Shown here: positions 38,245-50,074 of the stretch, in pieces
Layout: the number at the start of each line of letters is the position of its first letter
Numbering within the stretch: position 1 is the first letter of the stretch
Source: Oscillospiraceae bacterium
GTDB lineage: Bacteria > Bacillota > Clostridia > Oscillospirales > CAG-272
DNA length: 64,000 bases
Assembly: GCA_015063305.1 (NCBI GenBank)
Contig: SVUJ01000003.1
Coordinates: 883-64,882, forward strand
Reading direction: 5' to 3'
Position numbers and translations under genes: made by a program
The notes under the pieces: generated by a model
Databases searched by the model: none
What the model saw: only the letters and a program-made list of their open reading frames with translations
Told to the model about the DNA's origin: nothing

Positions 38245-38270
38245 CGGGAGAGCGGGAAACCGCTCTCCCG
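38245..38270 (+). terminator. GC-rich hairpin after the decarboxylase cluster, no downstream T-run
   Basis: CGGGAGAGCGG pairs with CCGCTCTCCCG. Confidence 0.45.
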
Positions 38271-38351
38271 AAAAATTATATAGAGCTATTGACTTGTTTG
38301 TTGATTAATGGTAAAATCAATAAAAAGCATACATTTATGGGGGACGATTTG

Positions 38352-40577
38352 ATGAATAGTAATGCTAAATGGATAAAATGCGGCAGCGAGATAGGAGAGA
38401 TATCTCCTGATTTCAGGAAATGCTTCAGCACAGGTAAAAAGGTAGTATCAGCAAAGGCGTATGTCAGCGCAATAGGAGTCTACGACCTCTTTATCAATCA
38501 AAAAAAGGTCGGAAAGGGTTATATGGAGCCCGGGTGGACCTCTATGGAGCACAGAGTGCAGTACCAAACCTACGATATAACCGATATGCTTGACGAGTAT
38601 AATGAGATATCTATAATCGCGGGCAAGGGCTGGGGATGCGGAGAGATAGGATATATAAGACTTCCGCATAATGACTGCTCGGCTATAAGCGTTATCGCAA
38701 GTATAGAGCTTACTTATGATGACGGAACTGGGGAGAGTATTCTTACCGATGACAGCTGGGAGGTGTATACCAGCGAGATCGCCTTCTCGGAAATATACGA
38801 TGGAGAAACTGTAGATAAGAGCGCTCCCGTTGTAAGGCTTGGCAGAGCGTACATAGACAATACCGCAAAGCCTGAGCTTATAGATCAGGTCGGAGAATTT
38901 ATAACCGAAAGAGAGCGAGTATTGCCCTCGGAGCTTATCATCACTCCAAAGGGCGAGAGAGTTATAGATTTCGGTCAGAATATGGTTGGATACGTTGAGC
39001 TGTCAATAAAGGCTTCAAAGGGGGACAGAATAGTTATGTCCCACGCAGAGGTGCTTGACAAGGACGGAAACTTCTATACCGATAATCTTCGCGGCGCAAA
39101 AAATTTGGTCACCTATATATGTAGCGGTGGGGAGGATACCTTCAGATTAAGATTCAGCTTCCGCGGCTTCCGATACATAAGACTTGACGAATATCCCTTT
39201 GATGAGGTGGATATCGACGGATTTGTTGCGGTTGCGGTATATTCCGATATAAAGAGAACGGGTAGATTTGTCTGCGGCAATGATAAGCTTAACAGACTTT
39301 ACAGTAATATCATATGGGGGCAGAGAAGTAATTTTCTTGATATCCCCACCGATTGTCCTCAGAGAGATGAGCGTATGGGGTGGACGGGAGATGCCGAGGT
39401 ATTCTGCCGCACAGCCGCGATAAACTATGACGTTGAAAAATTCTTCCGCAAGTGGTTGGGCGATATGGCGCTTGAGCAGGGAGAAAACGGACTTATCTGG
39501 GGCGTTGTGCCGCTTATCAGAGATTGCGGAGAACGCATATCTGCGGCGTGGGGAGATGCCGCGGTGATCTGTCCGTGGGAGATATACAAGGCTTATGGAA
39601 ACCTTGAGATGCTTCGCGAGAATTATCCTATGATGAAGAAGTGGGTAGAATATATGCACAGCTTCGGAGAGGAAGAATTCTTGTGGGCAGGGGCATATCA
39701 TTACGGAGATTGGCTCGGAATGGATGCGGGATACGGCATATATATGGGAGCAACACAGACGGACCTTATAGCCACAGCATTCTTTGCCTACTCAACATCT
39801 CTTGTCGTAAAGGCGGGGAAGGCGCTTGGCGAGGATACGTCCTACTTTGAAGAGCTTTATAAGAACGTAAGGAAGGCATTCAGAGAGACCTTTATGAAGG
39901 ACGGATTGCCTATAATATATCCCAAATATGACGCGCTTTCTACCGATAGACCCGTAAAGGCGGATACACAGACCGCGATATCTCTTATTCTCAGATTCGG
40001 GCTCTTTGAGGAGAACGAGAGAGAGGGACTTGTAGGACGACTTGTGGAGCTTATCAAGGAGTATGACGGTTGTATGACTACAGGCTTTGTGGGTACACCG
40101 CATATACTCCACGCGCTTTCGGATAACGGAAGAGCCGACGTGGCGTATGATCTATTGCTTCAGGAGAAGAATCCTTCCTGGCTCTTCTCGGTAAATCACG
40201 GAGCAACGACTATCTGGGAGCACTGGGACAGTATAAACGATGAGGGCGAGATGTGGGACGTTGAGATGAACTCCTTTAACCACTACGCCTATGGAAGTGT
40301 ATTTGACTGGATGTTCGGAGATATGCTCGGCATCAAGATCTGCGACGACGGAGCAGCGTACACAAAAATAGAGATCGAACCGCTCACAGATAAGCGCATT
40401 GGTTTTGCCGAGGGGGCTATCGATTCGAGAAACGGAGAGATAGCGGTGAGCTGGAGATATGTCGGTGAGAAGGTCAGATATGATATAACGATACCCGAGA
40501 ATACCGAAGCGACCCTTAAAATAAAGGGACTTGCGCCGAAGACACTCAAGGGTGGATCGTATACTATAGTTAAATAA
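38352..40577 (+). CDS. alpha-L-rhamnosidase (GH78), cytoplasmic
   Basis: Hallmark DCPQRDERMGWTGDA plus HYGDWL and WEHW segments. No signal peptide. ATG at 38352 follows a GGGGGA RBS. Confidence 0.85.
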   Translation: MNSNAKWIKCGSEIGEISPDFRKCFSTGKKVVSAKAYVSAIGVYDLFINQKKVGKGYMEPGWTSMEHRVQYQTYDITDMLDEYNEISIIAGKGWGCGEIGYIRLPHNDCSAISVIASIELTYDDGTGESILTDDSWEVYTSEIAFSEIYDGETVDKSAPVVRLGRAYIDNTAKPELIDQVGEFITERERVLPSELIITPKGERVIDFGQNMVGYVELSIKASKGDRIVMSHAEVLDKDGNFYTDNLRGAKNLVTYICSGGEDTFRLRFSFRGFRYIRLDEYPFDEVDIDGFVAVAVYSDIKRTGRFVCGNDKLNRLYSNIIWGQRSNFLDIPTDCPQRDERMGWTGDAEVFCRTAAINYDVEKFFRKWLGDMALEQGENGLIWGVVPLIRDCGERISAAWGDAAVICPWEIYKAYGNLEMLRENYPMMKKWVEYMHSFGEEEFLWAGAYHYGDWLGMDAGYGIYMGATQTDLIATAFFAYSTSLVVKAGKALGEDTSYFEELYKNVRKAFRETFMKDGLPIIYPKYDALSTDRPVKADTQTAISLILRFGLFEENEREGLVGRLVELIKEYDGCMTTGFVGTPHILHALSDNGRADVAYDLLLQEKNPSWLFSVNHGATTIWEHWDSINDEGEMWDVEMNSFNHYAYGSVFDWMFGDMLGIKICDDGAAYTKIEIEPLTDKRIGFAEGAIDSRNGEIAVSWRYVGEKVRYDITIPENTEATLKIKGLAPKTLKGGSYTIVK

Positions 40578-40581
40578 AACG

Positions 40582-40604
40582 AGGGGCTGTTTCATTCAGC
40601 CCCT
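40582..40604. terminator. hairpin between convergent genes
   Basis: AGGGGCTG pairs with CAGCCCCT, followed by TTATTAT. Confidence 0.55.
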
Positions 40605-40606
40605 TA

Positions 40607-41176
40607 TTATATATTATTTAGCATAATTTCTATCAGAGTATCAAATGTCGTAGATAGTTGGGCGCGCAGATTTCCCGCGTAGGTGATGATTGTTTCGTAA
40701 GCCTTGGGTAATACTGCGCCTTGTACTTTTGACAGGTCGGCGGAGTGCGCCTCTTCGGCGGTGCGCAGATATTCTCTGAAGCGTTTCAGGTCGGGCATCT
40801 GCCCACTTTTTTTGATCTTTCGCAATATAGACGTGGCATCTCTTATTTCGTTCGCGAGGGATATACATAACGAAGGCTCTTCAAAGCGCCCGGCGGGACA
40901 GCAAAGCTTGTGCCGAATGGAGATATACTCGTTTGCCGAGCTCACTATATCGCTCAGAGAATGAGCGTATTGTGCAATATTGTTTCTCTCAAGAGGGGGA
41001 AGAAAATCCCCGAAAAGCGATCTTTCAAGCTCGAGGACTGTAGAATCAAGTTTTGAGCGCAAGACCTCAAAGCTTTCTTTCTTCTCGGTGTATTTATCCG
41101 AACAAGCAGTATTCACGGCATTGTAAGCTATATCGGAAAGCATCTCTAAAATATCGAAATAATTGTATTTTGCCAT
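40607..41176 (-). CDS. DUF47-family (PhoU-like) phosphate transport regulator
   Basis: MAKYNYFDILEMLSD... is helical. It lies immediately downstream of PiT. ATG at 41176 follows an AAGGTAGG RBS; the track ORF extends into PiT. Confidence 0.65.
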   Translation of the reverse strand: MAKYNYFDILEMLSDIAYNAVNTACSDKYTEKKESFEVLRSKLDSTVLELERSLFGDFLPPLERNNIAQYAHSLSDIVSSANEYISIRHKLCCPAGRFEEPSLCISLANEIRDATSILRKIKKSGQMPDLKRFREYLRTAEEAHSADLSKVQGAVLPKAYETIITYAGNLRAQLSTTFDTLIEIMLNNI

Positions 41177-41184
41177 AGTAAAAC

Positions 41185-42180
41185 CTACCTTGTGAAAAAT
41201 GCAAGAAGAAAGCCTATAAGGGCGCATATCGGAAAGGTCAGAAGCCACGCTACGACCATTTGAGAAACTATTTTTTTATCAGTACCGCCACCCATCTCCT
41301 GAGTTCCAACGCCCATCATAGCACACGCCTTTGAGTGTGTGGTGCTAACGGGTATTCCCAAAAAAGAACAGACAGTAAGTACGGAGGAGGAAGCCATATC
41401 CGCGGCAGTTCCACCCGCAGCATCGAGAGACACCATATCCATACCCACCTTTTTTATTATCCTTCCGCCGCCGATGAGAGTTCCCAGAGTCATAACAGAG
41501 GCGCAGATGAAAATTATAACCGTAGGTATCTCAAAGGTGTCGCCTGTGGTCTTATTATTGATCAGGTGGAATCCAAGCATAAATATCCCCATAAATTTTT
41601 GGGAGTCCTGAGCGCCGTGCAAAAAGGCGCTGCTTGCGGCGCTGAAGCGCTGTGTGCGCATAAAATGTTTCATTATCCTTCGTCTGTCGAAGTCGCCAAG
41701 CAGACGTATCATAGTGGAGTATATCAGCCTTGCCAGGAGCGCCGAGGGGAGGGTGGAGAAAATAAGTCCGAATATTATAAGCTTCCATTCCGAGAGATTT
41801 ATAGCGGTAAAGCTCATATTGGATGCTATGGCAGCGCCGGTTATTCCCGACACGAGCGCGTGGCTCTCGCTGGTAGGAATGCCGAAGCGCCAAGCGATAA
41901 GCGCCCAGATGACTACCGCAAACATTCCCGCGCACAGAGCGGAGAGAGCGGCATCATTGTCAGAGCCAAAATCCACGATGTTGAATATGGTCTGCGCGAC
42001 CTTTGAATTTATAAATGCCATTGCCACGCTGCCCGAAAAATTACATACCGCGGCAAGACTGAGGGCAGCCTTCGGGGATAGCGAGCGCGTGGATATACAG
42101 GTCGATATGGCGTTTGGTGCGTCCGTCCAACCGTTTACAAAAATAACCGAGAGGATAAGTATTGTAAAAATAAGTGCCAT
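41185..42180 (-). CDS. pit: inorganic phosphate transporter, PiT family
   Basis: FVNGWTDAPNAI and GIPVSTTHS PHO4 signatures. The start is uncertain among ATGs at 42180 and 42186 and a TTG at 42204. Confidence 0.85.
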   Translation of the reverse strand: MALIFTILILSVIFVNGWTDAPNAISTCISTRSLSPKAALSLAAVCNFSGSVAMAFINSKVAQTIFNIVDFGSDNDAALSALCAGMFAVVIWALIAWRFGIPTSESHALVSGITGAAIASNMSFTAINLSEWKLIIFGLIFSTLPSALLARLIYSTMIRLLGDFDRRRIMKHFMRTQRFSAASSAFLHGAQDSQKFMGIFMLGFHLINNKTTGDTFEIPTVIIFICASVMTLGTLIGGGRIIKKVGMDMVSLDAAGGTAADMASSSVLTVCSFLGIPVSTTHSKACAMMGVGTQEMGGGTDKKIVSQMVVAWLLTFPICALIGFLLAFFTR

Positions 42181-42283
42181 TGCCATTACCCCATAAAAAT
42201 GCAACTATGTAATCCTTATGTGAGGGGGGCTTTTTTAATTCCCGAAGACAAGCGAAAAAATATTATAGTTGTATTTATTTCGA

Positions 42284-42312
42284 TTGACAGAAAAACGCAA
42301 AAGGGGTATAAT
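42284..42312 (+). promoter_or_regulatory. sigma-70-type promoter of ligA
   Basis: TTGACA, 17 nt, TATAAT (consensus). Confidence 0.6.
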
Positions 42313-42327
42313 ATAAGGTAGAAATAA

Positions 42328-44358
<2,031 letters not shown>

Positions 44359-44922
44359 TCATACACCGGTATATTCGAGAATTCCTTGATAGATACCCTC
44401 GGCGAACAGGTCGGGACGTGTGTTCATAAGAGAGGCGTCGTTGGCGTTTGTTATAAATCCAAGCTCAACAAGAACGGCGGGCATCTGAGTTTTGCGGAGC
44501 ACATAGAGATTGGTTCGTACCTTCATGCCTCGGTTTTTAAGACCCGTGGTTCGGTTGAGCCAATACAGGATATCCTCACCAAGACTGAATGCCGCTGAGG
44601 GCTCTGAAAAGGCAAATGCCTCGCTACCTGTTGCTGAGGAAAGTGAGGATGCGTTTGTGTGAAGACTTATAAAATAGTCCGCGCCCCACGAGTTGGCGTC
44701 ATTCACACGGAGTCTAAGACTTGTGGAGTTTGAAGATCCTATCTGGGTGTCGGCGGTAGGTCTTGATAGCCTGACCTCAAATTCGGAGTTTGAGCGTAAG
44801 AGCTCGGCAAGCTCTATACCTATTCGGTATACTATGTCCTGCTCTCGCAGTCCGCTGCCTTCAGCGCCTGCGTTTGGGTTTTGAGGATTGTGCCCCTGGT
44901 CTATGTATATCTTTATTGCCAT
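44359..44922 (-). CDS. N-acetylmuramoyl-L-alanine amidase (Amidase_3)
   Basis: IDQGHNPQNPNAGAEG..., YFISLHTNA and GSEAF motifs. No signal peptide is evident. Its stop abuts the ligA stop. Confidence 0.8.
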   Translation of the reverse strand: MAIKIYIDQGHNPQNPNAGAEGSGLREQDIVYRIGIELAELLRSNSEFEVRLSRPTADTQIGSSNSTSLRLRVNDANSWGADYFISLHTNASSLSSATGSEAFAFSEPSAAFSLGEDILYWLNRTTGLKNRGMKVRTNLYVLRKTQMPAVLVELGFITNANDASLMNTRPDLFAEGIYQGILEYTGV

Positions 44923-45007
44923 AACGGTCATCCTTTCACAATGTTTATTTTCAATATTTAGAATATTCTCAGATTTTGTAGTATGTGAAAAACAAAGGAG
45001 CGCTTAA

Positions 45008-45871
45008 ATGAGAAGCGAAGAAAAAAATAAAATAGAAGGCGGTACGCTGTATCTCGTTGCTACGCCGATAGGAAACCTTTCGGATATGAGCGAAAGAGCC
45101 CTCAAGGTTCTCTCTGACGTTGATTTTATAGCGGCTGAGGATACAAGGAATACCCTTCGTATGCTCACGCATTTTGGTATATCAAAGCCGCTTATCTCTT
45201 ATTTTGAGCACAATAAGGCAGAGCGGGGAGAACAGATAGCGCAAAGGCTTGAGGGTGGCGAGAGCTGTGCACTTGTGACGGATGCGGGAACGCCCGCGAT
45301 ATCCGACCCGGGAGAGGATATAGTAAGGCTCTGTGCGCTGAAGGGTATACCTGTAACGTCAGTTCCGGGTGCTTGCGCGGGTATCTGCGCTCTGACCTTG
45401 TCAGCACTTCCTACGGCACGGTTTTGCTTTGAAGGCTTTTTGCCGCAAAAAAAGTCGGACAGAAGAGATAGACTTCAGGAGCTGGCATATGAGAGGCGTA
45501 CAATGATATTCCACGAAGCTCCGCATAAGCTCCGCGACACCTTGAATGACTTTTATGATAGCTTTGGCGCGGACAGAAGGATATCTCTGTGCCGTGAGCT
45601 CACAAAGCTCAATGAAGAGGTTTTGAGGCTCACGCTCGCAGAGGCGGTAGCATATTATAAAGAACACGAGCCAAGAGGAGAGTACGTGCTTGTGCTCCAG
45701 GGCGGAGAGGGAACAAAAAGTGTCAATGCCGAGATAGATATGCTTACTCCGCAGGAGCAGGTCGAGCTTTATGTGGAGCAAGGTCTTTCTAAAATGGATG
45801 CAATAAAAAAGGTAGCCAAGGAGAGAGGCGTACCTAAGAACGATATATATAAGCTCTTTAACAAAGATTAA
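45008..45871 (+). CDS. rsmI: 16S rRNA (cytidine1402-2'-O)-methyltransferase
   Basis: GTLYLVATPIGNLSDMSERALKVL...IAAEDTR and TDAGTPAISDPG motifs. Confidence 0.9.
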   Translation: MRSEEKNKIEGGTLYLVATPIGNLSDMSERALKVLSDVDFIAAEDTRNTLRMLTHFGISKPLISYFEHNKAERGEQIAQRLEGGESCALVTDAGTPAISDPGEDIVRLCALKGIPVTSVPGACAGICALTLSALPTARFCFEGFLPQKKSDRRDRLQELAYERRTMIFHEAPHKLRDTLNDFYDSFGADRRISLCRELTKLNEEVLRLTLAEAVAYYKEHEPRGEYVLVLQGGEGTKSVNAEIDMLTPQEQVELYVEQGLSKMDAIKKVAKERGVPKNDIYKLFNKD

Positions 45872-45944
45872 GCCTTTTATAGCTTATCAACAAAATAACA
45901 TTTCAAAATTATGCTACTTTCTACATATTTATTGGCGAAATGCC

Positions 45945-45973
45945 TTGATTTTGACTTTGGAATGTGGTATAAT
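45945..45973 (+). promoter_or_regulatory. sigma-70-type promoter of asd
   Basis: TTGATT, 17 nt, TATAAT, with an extended-10 TG. Confidence 0.5.
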
Positions 45974-46019
45974 TAACAATAATCAATTTATTAGATATTT
46001 ATAAAATATGGAGGTCATT

Positions 46020-47096
46020 ATGTCCAAGATGAAAGTTGGTGTTGTCGGCGCTACGGGAATGGTTGGTCAGCGCTTTTTGACGATACTTGAAAATCACCCC
46101 TATTTTGAGGTTGTAGCTCTCGCTGCATCTGCGCGCTCCGCGGGAAAGACCTATGCTGAAGCTGTAGGAAACCGCTGGAAGATGAAGGGGGATATGCCCG
46201 AAAAATACCGCGATATGGTAGTTATCGATGCGGCAGATATAGATAAGATGGCAGAGCTCGTTAGCTTTGTTTTCTGCGCTGTCGATATGAAGAAGGACGA
46301 GATAAAGGCTCTTGAAGAGGCTTATGCGCGTCACGAGATCCCCGTTGTTTCCAACAACTCCGCAAACCGTTGGACACCCGACGTTCCTATGGTTATCCCG
46401 GAGATAAACGATGCTCACCTTGAGGTCATAGAGGCTCAGAGAAAGCGCCTTGGAACTAAGAGAGGATTTATCGCGGTTAAGCCTAACTGCTCCATTCAGT
46501 CTTATGTTCCCGCGCTCACACCCCTGCTCAAGTATAAGCCCACAGAGATAGTTGCTACTACATATCAAGCTATATCCGGTGCGGGTAAGACATTCAATGA
46601 GTGGCCCGAGATGATAGACAACGTTATCCCCTATATAGGCGGAGAGGAAGAGAAGAGTGAGCAGGAGCCCCTTCGTGTTTGGGGAACTGTTCAGAACGGC
46701 GAGATCGTTAAGGCAGATGCTCCCAAGATAACCACACAGTGTATCAGAGTTCCTGTAAGCGACGGTCACACCGCTGCTGTATTTGTAAAGTTTGAGAATA
46801 AGCCCACAAAGGAAGAGATACTCAAGGCGTGGGCAGAGTTCGAGGGCAAGCCCCAGCAGTTGGGTCTTCCCAGCGCTCCCGCTCAGTTCGTAACCTACTT
46901 TGAGGAGGATAACCGTCCTCAGGCGGCTCTTGACCGCGATATTTACGGCGGTATGGGCGTTACTGTCGGTCGTCTGCGTGAGGATATCATATACGACTAT
47001 AAGTTCGTAGGACTTTCTCACAACACTCTCAGAGGAGCTGCGGGTGGAGCTGTGCTTATAGCAGAGCTTCTCTACAAAGAAGGATATTTTGACTGA
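46020..47096 (+). CDS. asd: aspartate-semialdehyde dehydrogenase
   Basis: KVGVVGATGMVGQ Rossmann motif and active site PNCSIQ. ATG at 46020 follows a GGAGG RBS. Confidence 0.9.
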   Translation: MSKMKVGVVGATGMVGQRFLTILENHPYFEVVALAASARSAGKTYAEAVGNRWKMKGDMPEKYRDMVVIDAADIDKMAELVSFVFCAVDMKKDEIKALEEAYARHEIPVVSNNSANRWTPDVPMVIPEINDAHLEVIEAQRKRLGTKRGFIAVKPNCSIQSYVPALTPLLKYKPTEIVATTYQAISGAGKTFNEWPEMIDNVIPYIGGEEEKSEQEPLRVWGTVQNGEIVKADAPKITTQCIRVPVSDGHTAAVFVKFENKPTKEEILKAWAEFEGKPQQLGLPSAPAQFVTYFEEDNRPQAALDRDIYGGMGVTVGRLREDIIYDYKFVGLSHNTLRGAAGGAVLIAELLYKEGYFD

Positions 47097-47115
47097 TTTA
47101 ATACAATAATATTAA

Positions 47116-47156
47116 GCGAGGAAGGAATTTTATAAATTCCGTCCTCGCGTTTTTTG
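47116..47156 (+). terminator. terminator after asd
   Basis: GCGAGGAAGGAATTT pairs with AAATTCCGTCCTCGC (one mismatch), followed by TTTTTT. Confidence 0.8.
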
Positions 47157-47179
47157 GGACAAAAAATATAGGAAAGATT

Positions 47180-48775
47180 ATGTTTGAAAAACAAAAAAAG
47201 AACTATAAAGAACATATAATGAGTACGCTGCCCTCTATCGTTGGCGGTATATGGTGCGGTGCGCTGGTCGGATTTTTGGTGTTCTTCTTCAAGCTCTTGG
47301 GAGAGATGCTTGTGGAAATATCGCATTCTATATACGCCGCGGCGGCAAAAAACACTACGGTTGCGGTCTTCGTCTTCTTGGGGCTGATACTCCTGGGAAG
47401 CGCTATGTTTGTGCTTCACAAATGTATTCCCGAGGTAAAGGGCGGAGGAATTCCAAGAAGCCGTGGAAGTGTTGTGGGAATGCTTCGTCTTAATTGGCTG
47501 AGAACTCTGCTTGGAACTATATCGGGAAGCTTTTTGAGCTTTTTTTGCGGTGTTCCCGTTGGCGCTGAAGGACCGAGCGTTCTTATCGGCACGTCTATAG
47601 GAAGCTTTTGCGGGGGAAGCTTTAAGCAAAAAGAGGCTTGGAGCAGATTTATGATGACAGGCGGAGCGGGGGCAGGCTTTGCCGTTGCCACGGGAGCGCC
47701 GCTCTCGGCAATACTCTTCGTTCTCGAGGAGATACACAGGCGCATATCCCCTCTGTTGCTCATAATGATATCCTCATCGGTTCTTTCAGCAGCTATGGTA
47801 AACGACTTCCTTTGCCGAGCTTTTGGGATAAACCCTATACTGTTTGAGTTCGGCATAATTCAACCGATCAAGCTATCTCATCTCGGATATCTTCTTTTAC
47901 TTGCGCTGCTTATTGCCGCGGCGGTTACTTTGTTTGATATCGTTATGGCGGGGCTTAACGCCTTTGTGGGCAAACGAAAGAAAAAGAGATTTAATTATAT
48001 TTTTATAGTTTCGGTATTTCTGCTTACGGGTGTAATTGGTATAATGTCGCCCGACCTGCTGTACAGCGGAATGAATATAATATCCGATATCATAAGTGAG
48101 AAAACACTTATATATCTTGTTGCGTTGTTGGCTATAAGGCTTGTATTTATGTTCCTTGTTACCTCATCGGGAGTTACGGGGGGGATGTTCATTCCAACAC
48201 TTGCGATAGGCGCTTTGTTTGGAGCTTTGTGTGCAAAGCTTCTTGTGGTTATAGGACTTCCCGGCGATATGTATGGAACTGTAGTTCTTCTCTCTATGAC
48301 AGCGTTTATGGGCGGAACGATGCGTATTCCGCTGACCGCTACGGCGTTCTTTATAGAGTCTACCGCTCAGTTTTCAAATATACTTTATATATCCCTTGTA
48401 ATGTTTATCGTGTCATTTGTTGCGGAATCTATAAACAGTAATTCCTTCTACGAAACTACTTTGGCAAATCTCAAAAAAGAGCAGAACAGAGGCTTGGAGC
48501 TTAGAATAATGAGATTTGAAATGACGGTATCCAAGGGGGCGTTCGTTTCAGGAAAAGCCGTTCGCGATATCGTTTGGCCGCCCGCAAGTATTATTACGGG
48601 AATAACCCACGCGGGAGATTTCAAGCGCGTTATGGACGAGGACGGGGAACAGGTTCTCGGCGAGGGTGATGTTATCATACTGCGTGCCGAAGTCTACGAT
48701 ATAGAAGAGATGGAAAAATATTTATACGGACTTGTGGGCGAGGAATATCAGATAATTTCAGATATGATAGAATAA
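47180..48775 (+). CDS. ClC family chloride channel / H+-Cl- antiporter with a C-terminal TrkA_C-like domain
   Basis: Selectivity motifs GGGIPRS, GVPVGAEGPSV and GGMFIPTL. The soluble C-terminal ~90 aa resemble RCK_C. Confidence 0.85.
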   Translation: MFEKQKKNYKEHIMSTLPSIVGGIWCGALVGFLVFFFKLLGEMLVEISHSIYAAAAKNTTVAVFVFLGLILLGSAMFVLHKCIPEVKGGGIPRSRGSVVGMLRLNWLRTLLGTISGSFLSFFCGVPVGAEGPSVLIGTSIGSFCGGSFKQKEAWSRFMMTGGAGAGFAVATGAPLSAILFVLEEIHRRISPLLLIMISSSVLSAAMVNDFLCRAFGINPILFEFGIIQPIKLSHLGYLLLLALLIAAAVTLFDIVMAGLNAFVGKRKKKRFNYIFIVSVFLLTGVIGIMSPDLLYSGMNIISDIISEKTLIYLVALLAIRLVFMFLVTSSGVTGGMFIPTLAIGALFGALCAKLLVVIGLPGDMYGTVVLLSMTAFMGGTMRIPLTATAFFIESTAQFSNILYISLVMFIVSFVAESINSNSFYETTLANLKKEQNRGLELRIMRFEMTVSKGAFVSGKAVRDIVWPPASIITGITHAGDFKRVMDEDGEQVLGEGDVIILRAEVYDIEEMEKYLYGLVGEEYQIISDMIE

Positions 48776-48812
48776 AAAAATATCGGTGTTGAAGTTCAAC
48801 ACCGATATTTTT
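48776..48812. terminator. bidirectional terminator between ClC and rplL
   Basis: AAAAATATCGGTGTTGAA pairs with TTCAACACCGATATTTTT, a near-perfect palindrome with A- and T-runs. Confidence 0.8.
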
Positions 48813-48831
48813 TATGTTATCTTTGTTAAGA

Positions 48832-49209
48832 TTACTTAATCTCAACCTCAGCGCCTGCAGCCTCAAGAGCCTTCTTAACAGTCTCAGCCTCGTCCTTAGA
48901 AACGCCTTCCTTAACGTTCTTGGGAGCGCCTTCAACCATTTCCTTAGCTTCCTTAAGTCCAAGACCGGTGATCTCACGAACAGCCTTGATAACGTCAAGC
49001 TTCTTAGCGCCGAAGCTCTTAAGAACTACGTCAAACTCGGTCTTTTCCTCAGCTGCGGGAGCTGCAGCGCCAGCTGCAACAGCAACGCCTACGGGAGCAG
49101 CAGCGGATACGCCGAACTCCTCTTCAACTGCCTTTACAAGGTCAGCAAGTTCAAGAATTGTAAGAGACTTTATCTCTTCAACAATGTTTGTGATTTTCTC
49201 AGATGCCAT
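48832..49209 (-). CDS. rplL: 50S ribosomal protein L7/L12
   Basis: [34 protein letters not shown]... and an Ala-rich hinge. Confidence 0.95.
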   Translation of the reverse strand: MASEKITNIVEEIKSLTILELADLVKAVEEEFGVSAAAPVGVAVAAGAAAPAAEEKTEFDVVLKSFGAKKLDVIKAVREITGLGLKEAKEMVEGAPKNVKEGVSKDEAETVKKALEAAGAEVEIK

Positions 49210-49304
49210 TTTAAATTTCCTCCTATAAAATGGATATTAATTAAATTTTTGATTGCGCTATGCGCAGTTTTCGGCATAATAGCCGATGGATTGATTAAGC
49301 AGAA

Positions 49305-49832
49305 TTACTCTGCGTCTGCTGCTGCAGGAGCAGCTTCTTCGCCGTTCTTGTCGATAATAGCCTGAAGAGCATAAGCGAAGCCGTAAAGCGGGGACTTGAT
49401 GCTTCCGAGGAACTTTGCGATAAGAACTTCCTTCGAGGGGATCTCTGCAAGGGAGAGAACAGTTTCCTTAGAAACTACAGCTCCGTCGAGATAACCTGCG
49501 AGGATCTCGAATGATTCGATCTTGTCAGCATACTCCTTGATAACCTTTGCGGGAGCAATAGGATCGGATTCGCTGATAGCGATAGCAGTCATACCGCTGA
49601 GGTACTGCTTCATTTCGCCAAGACCAACCTCGTCACAAGCTCTGCCGGTGAGAGAATTCTTCATGACCATGTACTTAACTCCGGACTCACGGAGAGCCTT
49701 ACGAAGCTTTGTGTCAGCATCAACGGTGATACCCTGATAATTTACGAGAACACCTGAAGGAGAATTCTTAAGCATTTCGGCAAGGTCAGCAACGACAGCC
49801 TTCTTTTGTTCGAGAATTGAATTGCTAGGCAT
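49305..49832 (-). CDS. rplJ: 50S ribosomal protein L10
   Basis: L10 family sequence. ATG at 49832 follows a GGGAGGTG RBS. Confidence 0.93.
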   Translation of the reverse strand: MPSNSILEQKKAVVADLAEMLKNSPSGVLVNYQGITVDADTKLRKALRESGVKYMVMKNSLTGRACDEVGLGEMKQYLSGMTAIAISESDPIAPAKVIKEYADKIESFEILAGYLDGAVVSKETVLSLAEIPSKEVLIAKFLGSIKSPLYGFAYALQAIIDKNGEEAAPAAADAE

Positions 49833-49995
49833 TTGTGTTTCACCTCCCAATGTGAAAATGTGCAGGAAACAAAAAATCTTTCTTCCGAAAGCATAGCTCT
49901 GCGAGAAGAAAGATATAAAGCAAAAATGATTTATAAAATTTCTCCTCGGCAGGGAAGCATAGCTTTTACTGAAACCTGCTGTCTTTGGATAACGC
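49833..49995 (-). promoter_or_regulatory. rplJ leader (probable L10-leader autoregulatory RNA) with an attenuator terminator at 49870-49914
   Basis: A ~160-nt 5' UTR lies between the promoter and the rplJ RBS. On the minus strand, ATCTTTCTTC pairs with GAAGAAAGAT and is followed by UUUUU, directly before the SD. The family assignment rests on position only. Confidence 0.5.
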
Positions 49996-50000
49996 CATAT

Positions 50001-50029
50001 ATGATATCATATATTATATGGTTTGTCAA
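50001..50029 (-). promoter_or_regulatory. sigma-70-type promoter of rplJL
   Basis: On the minus strand: TTGACA (50029-50024), 17 nt, TATCAT (50006-50001). Confidence 0.55.
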
Positions 50030-50074
50030 TAGATTTTTGCAAAAAAATCAAAAAAATTTTCAATAAATAAAAAA

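Noticed and set aside
45872-46019. Looked for a lysine riboswitch or T-box upstream of asd, and for a T-box or leader peptide upstream of the his operon (52095-52238).
   Set aside because: The spacers are short (about 150 nt), contain only a promoter and an RBS, and lack the conserved L-box or T-box sequences.
47097-47179. Looked for a fluoride (crcB-motif) riboswitch upstream of the ClC gene.
   Set aside because: The 83-nt spacer is occupied by the asd terminator and an RBS. No conserved fluoride-aptamer elements are seen.
48814-49365. 183-aa plus-strand ORF and other ORFs opposite rplL/rplJ.
   Set aside because: They are antisense to highly conserved ribosomal protein genes and their translations are low-complexity.
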